Below, one piece after another: positions 37,801 through 48,424 of a DNA stretch of 64,000 nt (the stretch's first letter is position 1; every line of letters starts with the position of its first letter). Source of the stretch: Tubulanus polymorphus. Its lineage: Eukaryota; Animalia; Nemertea. The notes under the pieces were generated by a model. The model saw nothing but the letters and a program-made list of their open reading frames with translations, ran no database searches and was not told the origin of the DNA. Where the stretch lies: the NCBI RefSeq assembly GCF_964204645.1, contig NC_134029.1, positions 19,710,950 to 19,774,949 on the forward strand. The letters run 5' to 3'. Both the position numbers and the translations under genes were made by a program.

Positions 37801-40800
37801 GTTAGAATTATGTAGATTCATCTACCTAGGTTTCTTCGTATAATTGAACCGTTTAAACTTATTTTCATTGAATAAATTGTAGCCGAGTTATAGCTTTCAT
37901 CGAATTTCATCGGAATCCAAGAATGATGTCATCAGAGGAACCCAGTTGGTGAACAAGTCTAGAGTCGGAGATAATTTCGGCAGTGAAAATAACTTTAACT
38001 GGTTCAATTACAGTGGATAGTTAACATAGTTTTAAAACAAACTGCATTTCTACAAAGGTGATCGGCCGGTTATCTGCCGCAACGATGCCGCTAGTCCCCC
38101 ACTACAATATCTTTTATGAATCTTCGATCCTTTGGCATCTACGTAAATCGTGTCATATCTATCGCGTGATGAAGGTATATCATCGTCTGGTTGTCGTTTG
38201 AAGGTAACGTGGCGAAGGGCATCTGATGCGTTTCCGTTGACGGTTGGTTCGTTCAAGTTCGTCACCGACGACCGCATCAGCGTGACCAACAGACGAATAT
38301 CCGGGAACGTAGACGAGTATAATCTGATAATACGAGACGCCCGATTATCCGACCAAGACAAGTACGAGTGTCAAATCAGCTCGAAGCCGAAGTTGTCGCA
38401 AGTGTTTATCTTGACAGTAATGGGTACGAAATCTAAATCGTTATCTGGAACTGTCGATAGTCATAACTATAAAGCGTTTGGAAAAAAACTCGGATTTGTT
38501 GCAATATCCATATCCTTCGAAGACAACAATACTATACCTACATCTAGGTTACAATGATTATCAAAATTAAGTTATTAGTAAACGTAAAAAGGTAAATCAG
38601 AACCTCGGGTAAAATTTTGCGTTGATTCGTTTCTAATTCTTTTGTAGAAATCAAAAGAGACCCAACTGGTAAGTACCTAGAAATCAGAGCCTAGATTCGA
38701 AAGACAAGTTATGAAATATTTAAATGTGTCGAAATCGATATCTTTCGATTAAGAAGTGAATTCCATCGTCTTTTTAATGCGATACAGTCACGGTCACAGG
38801 AAGTTTATACGTTCAAAACGGTAAACAATTGTACCTCCTGTGCAACGCCACGAGCGGCGACCAAAAGCTACCCGACGACATAACCTGGTATAAAGACGGT
38901 CGTGAACTTCATTCCAACGTCGCCGATAGGTTACTTATCACGAAGCATTTCCGGCTCGGGTCGATGATAAGCGTGCTCGTGATAGGACACAGTCTACTGA
39001 ACCACACCGGGCAATACAGCTGCCAAATGACACCCGGGTACATTCACGACACGGTCGACGTGGAAGTCTACATACGTACGTTCGTTTAATCTTAAATGAT
39101 AAGTACAAAATTTCCTGTTCGTCAAAACTCCAATGATTTAGAACCTACAACAGATTCCAGGGCGGATCCATGGACAGACTTTGATAGGAGCACACGGTTA
39201 TGAAAATGCCATATTATACTGAAAAAGGCTGAAGACAACGGCCTGGAAAATGTAGGAATTTCTGTGCATTTTCTACGCACTTGAGGGATATATAATATAT
39301 TATGCTAAATCTTGCGCTGCGGACTGCTGTGTTATCATTTGCGGGTGGAAAAATTGCCCTGAAAAATATTGCAATTGTGTTTTCAAAAGGGTCGCGCATG
39401 TTCCTTATGCTCCCCTCTGGATCCGCCCCGCCTGAGTTATGATCTTGATCATTTATCTGGCTGTAATCTATATTTATAGCCTCGGTAGTTTTGACCGGAA
39501 CTGAACTCGTGCAAATCGGGCATCAGCTATATCTCGTCTGCAACGCCACGGGTATTTTCGGGGAAAATGGCGCCGCAATGGAGTGGTACAAAGACGGAGC
39601 CCTGCTAAGACCGAATCCCAAGAAGAACGGTTTCGCCGTATCCAACATACTGGGTCCGAATGGCCATACGTTGGTCAGTATTTTGGCCAAACGAAACAGT
39701 CACCGCTCTGATTCAGGGGTGTACTCGTGCAAGGAGCCTCACTACAAAAGCCATGAGTTGACCGTGGAAGTTTTCCCGAAATTTTCTAGTACGTAATATC
39801 TAATCAACTTATACTCAATGTATATACTCTATTTGCAAATTTATCATCATGAATTATGATAATGCATCAATGAATGCGAGAGTATTCCTGCTGTTCTTTT
39901 TTTTCTATAGTTTCGTTACAAGGAACGAATTTCGTCGAAGTGGGAAACGTTTTGTATCTGATGTGCAACGTTTCGGGTTTGTTAAGCGCCCCGAATGACA
40001 TCACGTGGTACTCGGAAAGGGGAGAAGTCATCGTCGAAAAGGGTCAAACTCGGATCAGCATCACTAAAGTGGTGAGGCACTTTACTTTGATCAGCGTTTT
40101 GAAGATAGAAGAAACTCGTCTGTCGGATGGAGGCACTTACACGTGTGAGGTTAACGAGTTTGAATCGTCTAGTTTGAGAGTCCATATGCTTGAACGAGGT
40201 GAACTCAAAAAATAATCTCTTTTAGTTCAGAAATGGACATCGTTCTTAGGCTAAAACTGATACCTTGTTTCAACTGATCGTCTGGTCATGCTGTAATCTG
40301 AAAAATTTGTGATCAGCTCATTTCTATAACTGCCGCGGGTCTCTTGATCATAATCTTTTCTAAAAAGTAATGTACAGGGACCGTATTCACGAAGCACCTG
40401 TAGTTACGTGTCACGTAAATTTACGGGTTACAGGCGAACTTACGGGTTGTCTACGTGGTATTCACGAAACTACCCGTAAGTTTGCACGTAAATTCACCCG
40501 TAAGTTCACCCGTAAATCTCGCACGGGCACTTATATCAAAGCGCATATTATTCTTCGAACCATCATTGGCGAAGGCCCGTCCAGACGGGTGCTTCGTGAA
40601 TAAGGACTTTTCTCTACGTGTGAACTTACGGACAGACTTACGTGACACGTAGGCTTACGGATGCTTCGTGAATACGGCACTAGGGTAGATAGGCGATCAA
40701 TTCTTATTATCAATTCTTTTTACCTTACTTGATTTCGGTGTTATATGCTACGCGGTAAATTGAAAAGTAAATTTGGTTTTTTTTCAGTTAAGAAATACAG

Positions 40801-40912
40801 GAAGAGTTCCCAATCATCGTCTGCGGCCGGTTCAATATCTTCAGTAGGTTCGGCAGTCGCCGCGTTGATATATACGCATTTCTTCTATCGAGTTAAAACT
40901 GTTATGGAATGA
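34847..40912 (+). CDS. Eight-Ig-domain Dpr/ZIG-8-like protein, (V + 3 Ig2) x 2, with polybasic linkers and a GPI-like C-terminus; N-terminal exon unresolved
   Basis: Phase-compatible exons: 34847-34929 and 35083-35305 (V1), microexon 35782-35811, Ig2 exons 35942-36232, 36522-36881 and 37156-37491, then 37576-37694 and 38204-38423 (V2), microexon 38648-38668, Ig2 exons 38788-39075, 39480-39788 and 39911-40198, and terminal exon 40788-40912 (VKKYRKSSQSSSAAGSISSVGSAVAALIYTHFFYRVKTVME*). Each Ig2 exon has an LxLxCNxx...W...GxYxC pattern and is clearly paralogous to exon 26246-26527. Confidence 0.87.
39158..39434. mobile_element. MITE with GGGCGGATCCA TIRs in an intron of the 8-Ig gene
   Basis: CAGGGCGGATCCATGG...CTGGATCCGCCCC termini. 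Confidence 0.6.
40378..40680. mobile_element. Harbinger-like MITE with internal TTACGGGT/ACCCGTAA repeats
   Basis: TIR CCGTATTCACGAAGCA...TGCTTCGTGAATACGG and sub-terminal ACGTGTCACGTAA/TTACGTGACACGT. Confidence 0.8.
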
Positions 40913-41810
40913 TAATCAAAAACTAATTACTAAATTCAGATCCCCACCGGTACGAAAGCGTGAGTCATCTGCTGTACAAATGATTTGTAATAGATATTCA
41001 ATGAAATACATAGGATGTTTATCGAAATCGTTCATTCACTTTAAAGATATTTTCAGCGTGAGGAAAGTGGCTCATTTCTGCTACCTCAGGTGTGCATAAG
41101 GAACGATTTCTTCATCGGCCAGGGCGTTTGGTGTCTGCTCCGTCACCTTCGCAATGGCAAATAAAGCCATGCCACTTTCCTCGCTCATCAAAGTATTTTG
41201 GAGCCATTTCCTTCAGAGCATATTTTCATTGGGGATCCAAAAAAAGACAATTCAGCCTAAAATACAACAAAGTAAATGTTCCAGACAGACACTGAGATCA
41301 CAAGTCAATATTCTCGTACAAATTTCGAAATTGATGATTTATATTTTATTTCAAGAAATTGTGTTATTTTACAGGCGTCAACTTGTATTACTGCAGAGGT
41401 CCACTGAAAGAATTAAAAATAAACCATACATTACACTTTAAAGGATTTAAAACATTCGACATCGAATATTCATAAACAAAAATCTCGTGTTGCAAGTCTT
41501 AGTTATAGTAGAAAGATTCTTGCAAGTGCAATTAATTTTACCTGAACAATTTATAGCAGTCATTAATGCAGCCAAGATATTTGTCTTCAGCTGTGCTATG
41601 GCAGAATCGTTTACAGTACGCCTGGCACTGCGAGTCACAATCGTAATACGCCATTGCGAAACTCAGCAAAAAAGCTGCAACTGCAAATATATTTTTGACA
41701 AAAAGAATGAAGGACACGAAATCTAGTAAAGAAAGAATGGGTTTTAGATACCATAATCATAGTCAATTTGTTTGTATCTTAGTCTTATTCCTGAGATTTT
41801 CCTAATACAC

Positions 41811-42070
41811 GGTCCCTACAGATCAGTCATTCCTGATATAAGGAGTTTCCAATCCAAAGGAGAACATTTACCGAAGTGTCCGCATCACTCACTTTCATAT
41901 CCCAATTTACTGTAAATTCCTCCGGAATCGGTACTGTTTAACTCGGTAAAACATTATAATTCGGTGGTTTTGTAAGCAAATTTTCATCCTACACACTACC
42001 TAAATTACTCGGTTCCTAATTCGGTAACCGCGTAATTTGATTTTTTTTTAAATCCTGGTCCCAACTGTCT
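41811..42070 (+). repeat. Interspersed repeat, copy 1 (copy 2 at 44094-44342)
   Basis: Shared GGTCCCTACAGATCAGTCA...AGGAGTTTC...CGGTACTGTTTA.CTC.GTAAA...ACACTACCT...AATCCTGGTCC. Confidence 0.7.
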
Positions 42071-42864
42071 CAAAATCCTGGTCCCAATTGTAAGGCGTAG
42101 TCTACTGTACAACTAAAACAAACTAAAAAAAAATTCAAATTGCCTATTTCGAAGAATTGAAGGATTTGTGTGCATTTTGCTCGAATTAAATGAGTTTTAA
42201 ACACCCTAAAGCACTTTCCGTTTAGAAGGGGTTTTTACCGAATCAAGGGGTCGTAGGGGCCCTTTGATATGAATGCACAATGTTGAAAATGGTTTGAATA
42301 TATTTGTTTAAGAACGACAAAAAGCCTAGGATACCTTTAGCCTACTTACACACGAATAAAATCAAGGATTTCATATTTCGTCCTCGTCAGTTTATCACTT
42401 TGTCGTACAGCAAATTGTGCAGACCGTCCGTCCACAAAGTTGTTTTTTTTTCGTTATCGTGGACGTTATCAGTAACATCCGCAATCAATCAACTTATCGC
42501 TAACAAATTAAGTGACACATTACGAATTTGTTTAGCTACAAAAATAGCGTTTTGTTACGTTATGTCGCAGGCAATTGAATTCCATCTCATGATTTGCAAT
42601 TCTTTCAGTCCACAATGCGTACTTTCCTGATTATCTTTTTGTTGATACGTAGAGGACACAGGACGTTCTGAAATAAACTTGCACTCCATTTCAATAGTAC
42701 TATGGGACACCTGTTCCATCTTTTCAGCGGCATAATAGAGCAACAATAACAATGTTTTTGGGTGAATGTTGCTTGATTTATTGTACAATGCGATAACGCA
42801 ATTGCATAGAATATCATACACATTATTTACATTCACATACTTTTTACGCAGGCCCGGCAGAGTC

Positions 42865-43000
42865 CAAGTGCTGCCCCTTTACACATCGTTAACGGTAAAT
42901 ATGTGAACTAATCTGTTACTTGCATGCCGCAGTGAGAATACTGCGCAATTCAGTTAGTTCACGCGTTTGCCGTTAATGATATATCTAGGGGCAGCACTTG
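42865..43000. mobile_element. Palindromic MITE
   Basis: CAAGTGCTGCCCCT...TTAACGG...GTGAACTAA / TTAGTTCAC...CCGTTAA...AGGGGCAGCACTTG. Confidence 0.7.
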
Positions 43001-43920
43001 ACAGTTAGGATCTGACAGTCGAGCGGTGGGCCACGCTCCACCGAACATTCCGATATTCTTCATACACAACGGAAACCACAAAAAAAAGCGTACCGAAATT
43101 TGTTTGACTAGCTTTTTCTCAAAAGAAAACGTGAATCTATGATATTTTCTGTCAATTGACATCAATCTATCGTTTTAATTAATGAATACAGGCAAAGACG
43201 GCCACCCTAGGCGGTTTTGTAGAATGTATGCAAGAAATTAAGTTTGATAAGGTTAATCACGCATTCTAAAACGATTTAGAATCCATGGGTTAATCCAATG
43301 TTGCATTTAAACTCTACAAGCAGCTCTAAGTCTACAGCTTGCACCTATCAGGGACTTGCCATGAAACTTAGTGAAACGTGATGTATTGTACCAATAAAAA
43401 TATCCACGAATACCAGAAATAAAAGAGATAAAAATATCTATTCAATAATAAAAATGTTTATTGATTCATATTGTACAGTCATTTTCTTTTTTTTAAGTTC
43501 AGGAGTGTGCAACGTATGGCAGGTTTCTATTGGTCTCTACCGTCCGGAATTCTCTTCTGGCGCGTTCGTTTTGACCAGAATACGCGGTACCTATCCCGCA
43601 ATAGCATAATTTGTAAACCCGTATAAAAGGCTGGAAGAGAGTTTGTAATTTCCATCCATGATTCCTACTTGATTGCGTTCAATTGAAACCTGCCTAAGTC
43701 CATCCTCACTTGCCAGCGTTTGATTGCCTCTTGATCAAACCCTGGCAGGTGTAGGATAGCCCAAGTCACCGAGTCTCAGAAGTTTACCAATGTCGACATT
43801 TTCCTAGGCATGTAATCCGATTCACACGGCGTTAAATAATCCATAATTCAATTCCATTGTTTATCGCCGGTAGTGTTTTCCCGAGGCTAACTATTATCGA
43901 AACGCGTAAACGCGAGAGCC

Positions 43921-46900
43921 TCATAACCGTTTCGCTTTCCTCGGTCTATCGCCTCCGATCGGTACGTAGGTGTTATCGGTTATCGATACGACTATCACTC
44001 CGGACATGGTTAATCCTTTAATCGCCGACTGCAAAAAGAACGAAAACAAATTCTCTGGAATTATCGACAAAATACAATGATAGACAAGAAAAGGGTCCCT
44101 ACAGATCAGTCAATTGTGGACATGAGGAGTTTCAAGGAGTTTTAAACGAGAAAATCTGAAATTTCGAGGACACCACCGACCAGCACACTGTCATATCCTA
44201 ATGACTGTAGACTCCTCCTGAAACGGTACTGTTTATCTCAGTAAACAATCTATTTGGTAGTTTCAAAACCTAATTTCTATCCTTAACACTACCTCAACTC
44301 GGTTTCTAGGCCAGTAACCACCTAATCCTGGTCCTGACTGTACCACTGAAACTAGGATTAATTTCCAAGTTCTATTTGTAAATCAATATTTCTAAAGCAT
44401 TTTAAAAATTTACGACATGCAAAATGATACTTCCATCCATATTATTTTCTAAGGAGAAGTTTGTTTAAAAAAATCTGTCTCGCGCAACATTTCTAAAATT
44501 TGCACAAAACTTAAGTTCGGTGAAATCCTTATAAGGAACATGCCGAGAACATTTTGTGATATCTCATTACCATAACACTACTCAGATACTTACCAAACGC
44601 CCAGGACCGAGTCCCTTGACGATAACTCGTACGTACTTCGAACCTTTATTTATGGCTTTCTGAAACATGAATAGAAACCATTGAATTCAATAAATTCTTT
44701 TTTTCAATAAGGTTCTGACGATTTGACATAAACTTCATTAACCGGACAGTACAGTAGACTCATCTTTACTCGGAACCAGTCTAGCCAAAATGACCAGCCA
44801 CATCTTTAAATTTAACAAACACTTTCTTGGAGTACCCGGCCAGCTAAGTGAAATAAGTGAAATAAGCTAAGTGAAATATAACGGTCCGACCAGAACCGAG
44901 TAGAGCGGAGTGTACTTTACTAGATCTTTATCCATCCACTGATAAACTTACTTCTCCCATCGACATTCCAACAGCTTGCGCAGCAATATTTGTGCCTTTC
45001 TTCGCGTTTCTAAATCCCTCAAAGCCCTATAGATATATGTAGATCGAATTACAGACATATCAAGCTACTGTTACTATAAATATCACGAAACAATTTTCTT
45101 TTTCATTATTGAAGTAAAAATTACCTACTAGCAAACTCATTACAACAAACTTCCGGGCACCATAAAATTACTTTGTTATAACTGATAGTTCAGTTTACAG
45201 TATGAAATTAATCAAATTGTCTTGGGACAAAATACTCTATTTGTAATGAGTGACGAGTCATTGCATTCCAACGTCGTTATAATGAGGTTCCACTGTTTGA
45301 GGAAATACCGAAGTTGGAAGAAACATTTTATAATTCTATAGTCACTAAAAGTAAGTTAACACGTTTGCTGCCACCATGATAATACGGTGCTGCCCCCAAT
45401 TACCACTACGACTTTAATTGTAGGCTGGCACTGGAGCTATTACATCGCCAGCGTTTGTTCAAAATTCACCAGTGAGCAGTGAGAATGAAGCTGAGTTTAT
45501 TTAAATTGCCAGCTCATCAGGAACTGTGTAAATTCCTGTGCGCCAAAGTGCAAATATCTAACTGTAAGTGGGAGAAATCAGCTATGAACATATTCGTAGT
45601 GGCACTGGTGACAAAACCGAAAGTACGAGTATACTGCTAGCTGGCAGCAAACATGTTTAAACAAATTCCACTAATTCTTACTTACAGCACTTGCATGCGT
45701 CATGACAGTGCCTGTAACATAAAAAGAAACAAAACTACAGCTTAAACAGAACAGAGTCAGTCGGAAAAGCGGGATTTCGTTTCACAATAATCAGTTTCTA
45801 CGACTTACCATTGTGGTCGGTAAGGTCTATGTGAGTATTATTATGAGTAGCTTTGATATGCATTATCGGCAATTCCGAATAGAGTTTGTCATCTATGACC
45901 ATGCTGTGCGTTTCAGCAGTCGGTATCGGTATTCCCGTTCTAAAACACAAATTGCACACGATATTCATTAATCTATATCAAGTACTAGACTACAGACTAA
46001 CTCAGACGAATTAGGACCGGCAAAATTGGTCCGAGTTTAAGCGAAGTCCTGAGTAAATAAGGATAGGAAAATTATGTTAGCAAGCCACAAAAATTATTCA
46101 ATTTTTGTCTGAGGTCATCAAAAGTCCCCATGTTCGAGTAAGGCGAGTTAGAACTTCTACCAAATTATTGGAACCCTAGAATTATTATCATTTAAATGAA
46201 TGCGTATTCTACAATGGCAGCTAGACATTTCATATGTTAAGAAAATTTAGATTTTCAAAAATTGTTTAGATTATGCGAATTGACGACATACTGAAACATT
46301 CCTTCCAGCTCTACATCGACGTCTTCCGACGGTGCGTCGAGGACGGTGACATCGCGATTTCTCGCCTTCGAAAGCTCTTTTTTACTTTTCACGTCTTTGT
46401 CCAAAATGAAATTAGCCGCAGATAAGTGCAACGAACGCATTCTTCCGGCTGAAAAACAAAACGAGATTTCGTTGATATCAGATTCAGTCAAAATAATCAA
46501 ATTCAAGCAGGGGGCAAGAGATTCCAAGGTTAAAATTAATCAGCAGTGTAGCAAGTGCCAAGCACCAAATTTTTTTTCCATGAAAAATAAAAGGTTCTAG
46601 ATGCATTTTTCTACATTTAACAGTGAAATTTAACATTCAGTGATGAAGGACTGATTTTTTTCAGAACATTGGGAAAAGCAGTGTTAAAAGAAATTCAGGG
46701 GGATTCCAGATACCCTGAAATCCCCCTGGACCCGCCCTGTTAAGGGTTCAGTTTCACAGAGTAGATTAAAACTATGAATAGAGAATTGAAAAGAAGCATC
46801 CCAAAATTAACTGAGGGGAAATTAAGAGAAAGCATCCTAAAATGAAATGAGGGAAAGCATCCTAAAACAATCTTATAATTCATACAGTATGTCAAAACGA

Positions 46901-47246
46901 GGGCAAAAACAGGACTGGAGTTGGACTGGACTGGGAAAATGGTATCCCACGAATACACTAAACGCAAAAATATTCACAACGATAAAATTTGCCACGATTG
47001 GTGCGATTTTTGCTTTACCACCAATGATTTGGTCAGTCACCTAGCCATGCCCATAACAAGAAATAGGTGTCCCTCCAAAATAAGCAGAGCTAGAATCATC
47101 TAAGGTGACAATAACACAGCAAAATTCTCAACATACATACCTGCATCATTAGATAGTCTATATATATTACTAGTAGAACGTAGAACTGGAACCGAGTTGT
47201 AAATTCTGTTGGACGGCAAAGCAGCAACCACCACTCGTCTCAACAT
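43921..47246 (-). CDS. MRPS11: Mitochondrial ribosomal protein S11 (uS11m)
   Basis: Exons (minus): 47141-47246 ([12 protein letters not shown].., Arg-rich transit peptide), 46292-46448, 45809-45939 ([19 protein letters not shown]), 45686-45711, 44952-45026 ([17 protein letters not shown]), 44594-44659 ([13 protein letters not shown]) and 43921-44028 (SAIKGL...[21 protein letters not shown]). uS11 family motifs are present, all phases are compatible, and there is a minus-strand AATAAA at about 43458. Confidence 0.95.
44094..44342 (+). repeat. Interspersed repeat, copy 2 (inside an mRpS11 intron)
   Basis: Homologous to 41811-42070; ends ...ACTGTA, a Tc1/mariner-like terminus. Confidence 0.7.
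45356..45660. mobile_element. piggyBac-like MITE (TTAA flanks)
   Basis: TTAA-CACGTTTGCTGCCA...TGGCAGCAAACATGT-TTAA. Confidence 0.7.
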
Positions 47247-47831
47247 TTTTCTGTACTATGCCTAGAACAAGATTAATAGGATATCTGAAGGTAGCTGACT
47301 GGTTGTAGCAATACTTCAGATCATATGGATAAAAGAAAATAAACTTCATGACAATAAAACTTAGGAAAAACCGAAAATGGTAAAGCACATTTTCCAGTTT
47401 CCCGGAAATTCAATTGCCCCAAATTAAACACGGCTTCTTAAATACGGACTTGACGCAGTTTTGACTGAACACATTTGCATCCTACACAGTTTCAATTAAA
47501 TTTGTACATTTTCCCATTAATTTAACGAAGGTTTGAGTCGGCTAGGTATAAGTGGAATGGAAATAGAGGCATTTTATACCGTGTTTTTTTAAGATTTCTG
47601 GTAGTCGGCTCAATATTATTGTAGAGCCATTACTTCCGGGGTAATGGGAAACGATGTGACAGAGAAATAATGAAGTATTTTTCCTAGGTGAATACTCACT
47701 GTGCGATATCTTTTCCTATAAGTCTTTTGAAACCGTCTATTTTGTCGATTTGATGTAATGATTAACAGTGTGTCAATTGGTGACCATCCGGTTGTAGGCC
47801 CTATTATATATACCAAATTCCACAGGACATT

Positions 47832-47946
47832 TTGAAATTGACAATGATGGCATATAGTCGAAACATTGAATGAAACATTTCAGACTTTATTTCTCATAAC
47901 CGGGATGATTGTCATCATATGGATAGTGTTTCATCAATGGTTGTGT
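47832..47946 (+). mobile_element. Decayed relative of the 11-kb hammerhead element
   Basis: TTGAAATTGACAATGATGGCATATAGTCGAAACATTGAAT...CATTTCAGACTTTATT resembles CTGAAGATGACTATTAGGATATAGTCGAAACGTTGAAT...CATTTTCGGACTTTTTATT. The catalytic core is mutated. Confidence 0.5.
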
Positions 47947-48424
47947 ACCCATCGTATTACATCTCCTCCAGTCAGGCTATGCCTTTCACCCAGTTCTGGA
48001 AGTGGTTGTATCGCAGTGATTTCCATCGCTCTACCATCCTAGTGTAACCAACCAGGTAACAGTGTGCTTGTGTGATAGCGGGGGTTTACTTAGCACACAC
48101 AGAAAGCTACTTTTTTTTTTATTTTTACAATTTTGCTTGTTGAAAAATCGTAAATTTCATTGTTGTGAAATAAATTTGAACATAAGATACAAATGCCAGT
48201 TTTCTAATCACTTGGAATATGGATCCGCCTCCAAGAATTCTGCCAAAATCATCAAATTAAAGAAAATTCTGTTGTACATCAGACACTATTAGGTTCTTGG
48301 TGAACCTATGCCTTAGTTTCAAAACCAGCTTCATAAATGGATAAAGACCAAAATTGTTTGTTTATATTTGCCGAGTTTATTGATAAAAAATTGCCATGTG
48401 TGTACTCTCACTTATTACACAAAA

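Noticed and set aside
40370-40713. Overlapping ORFs with TRKF repeats
   Set aside because: Derived from internal repeats of a MITE.
43501-43920. Coding-looking sequence downstream of mRpS11
   Set aside because: The frames I translated are interrupted by stops, the ORF track lists nothing here, and an AATAAA follows; best read as 3'UTR.
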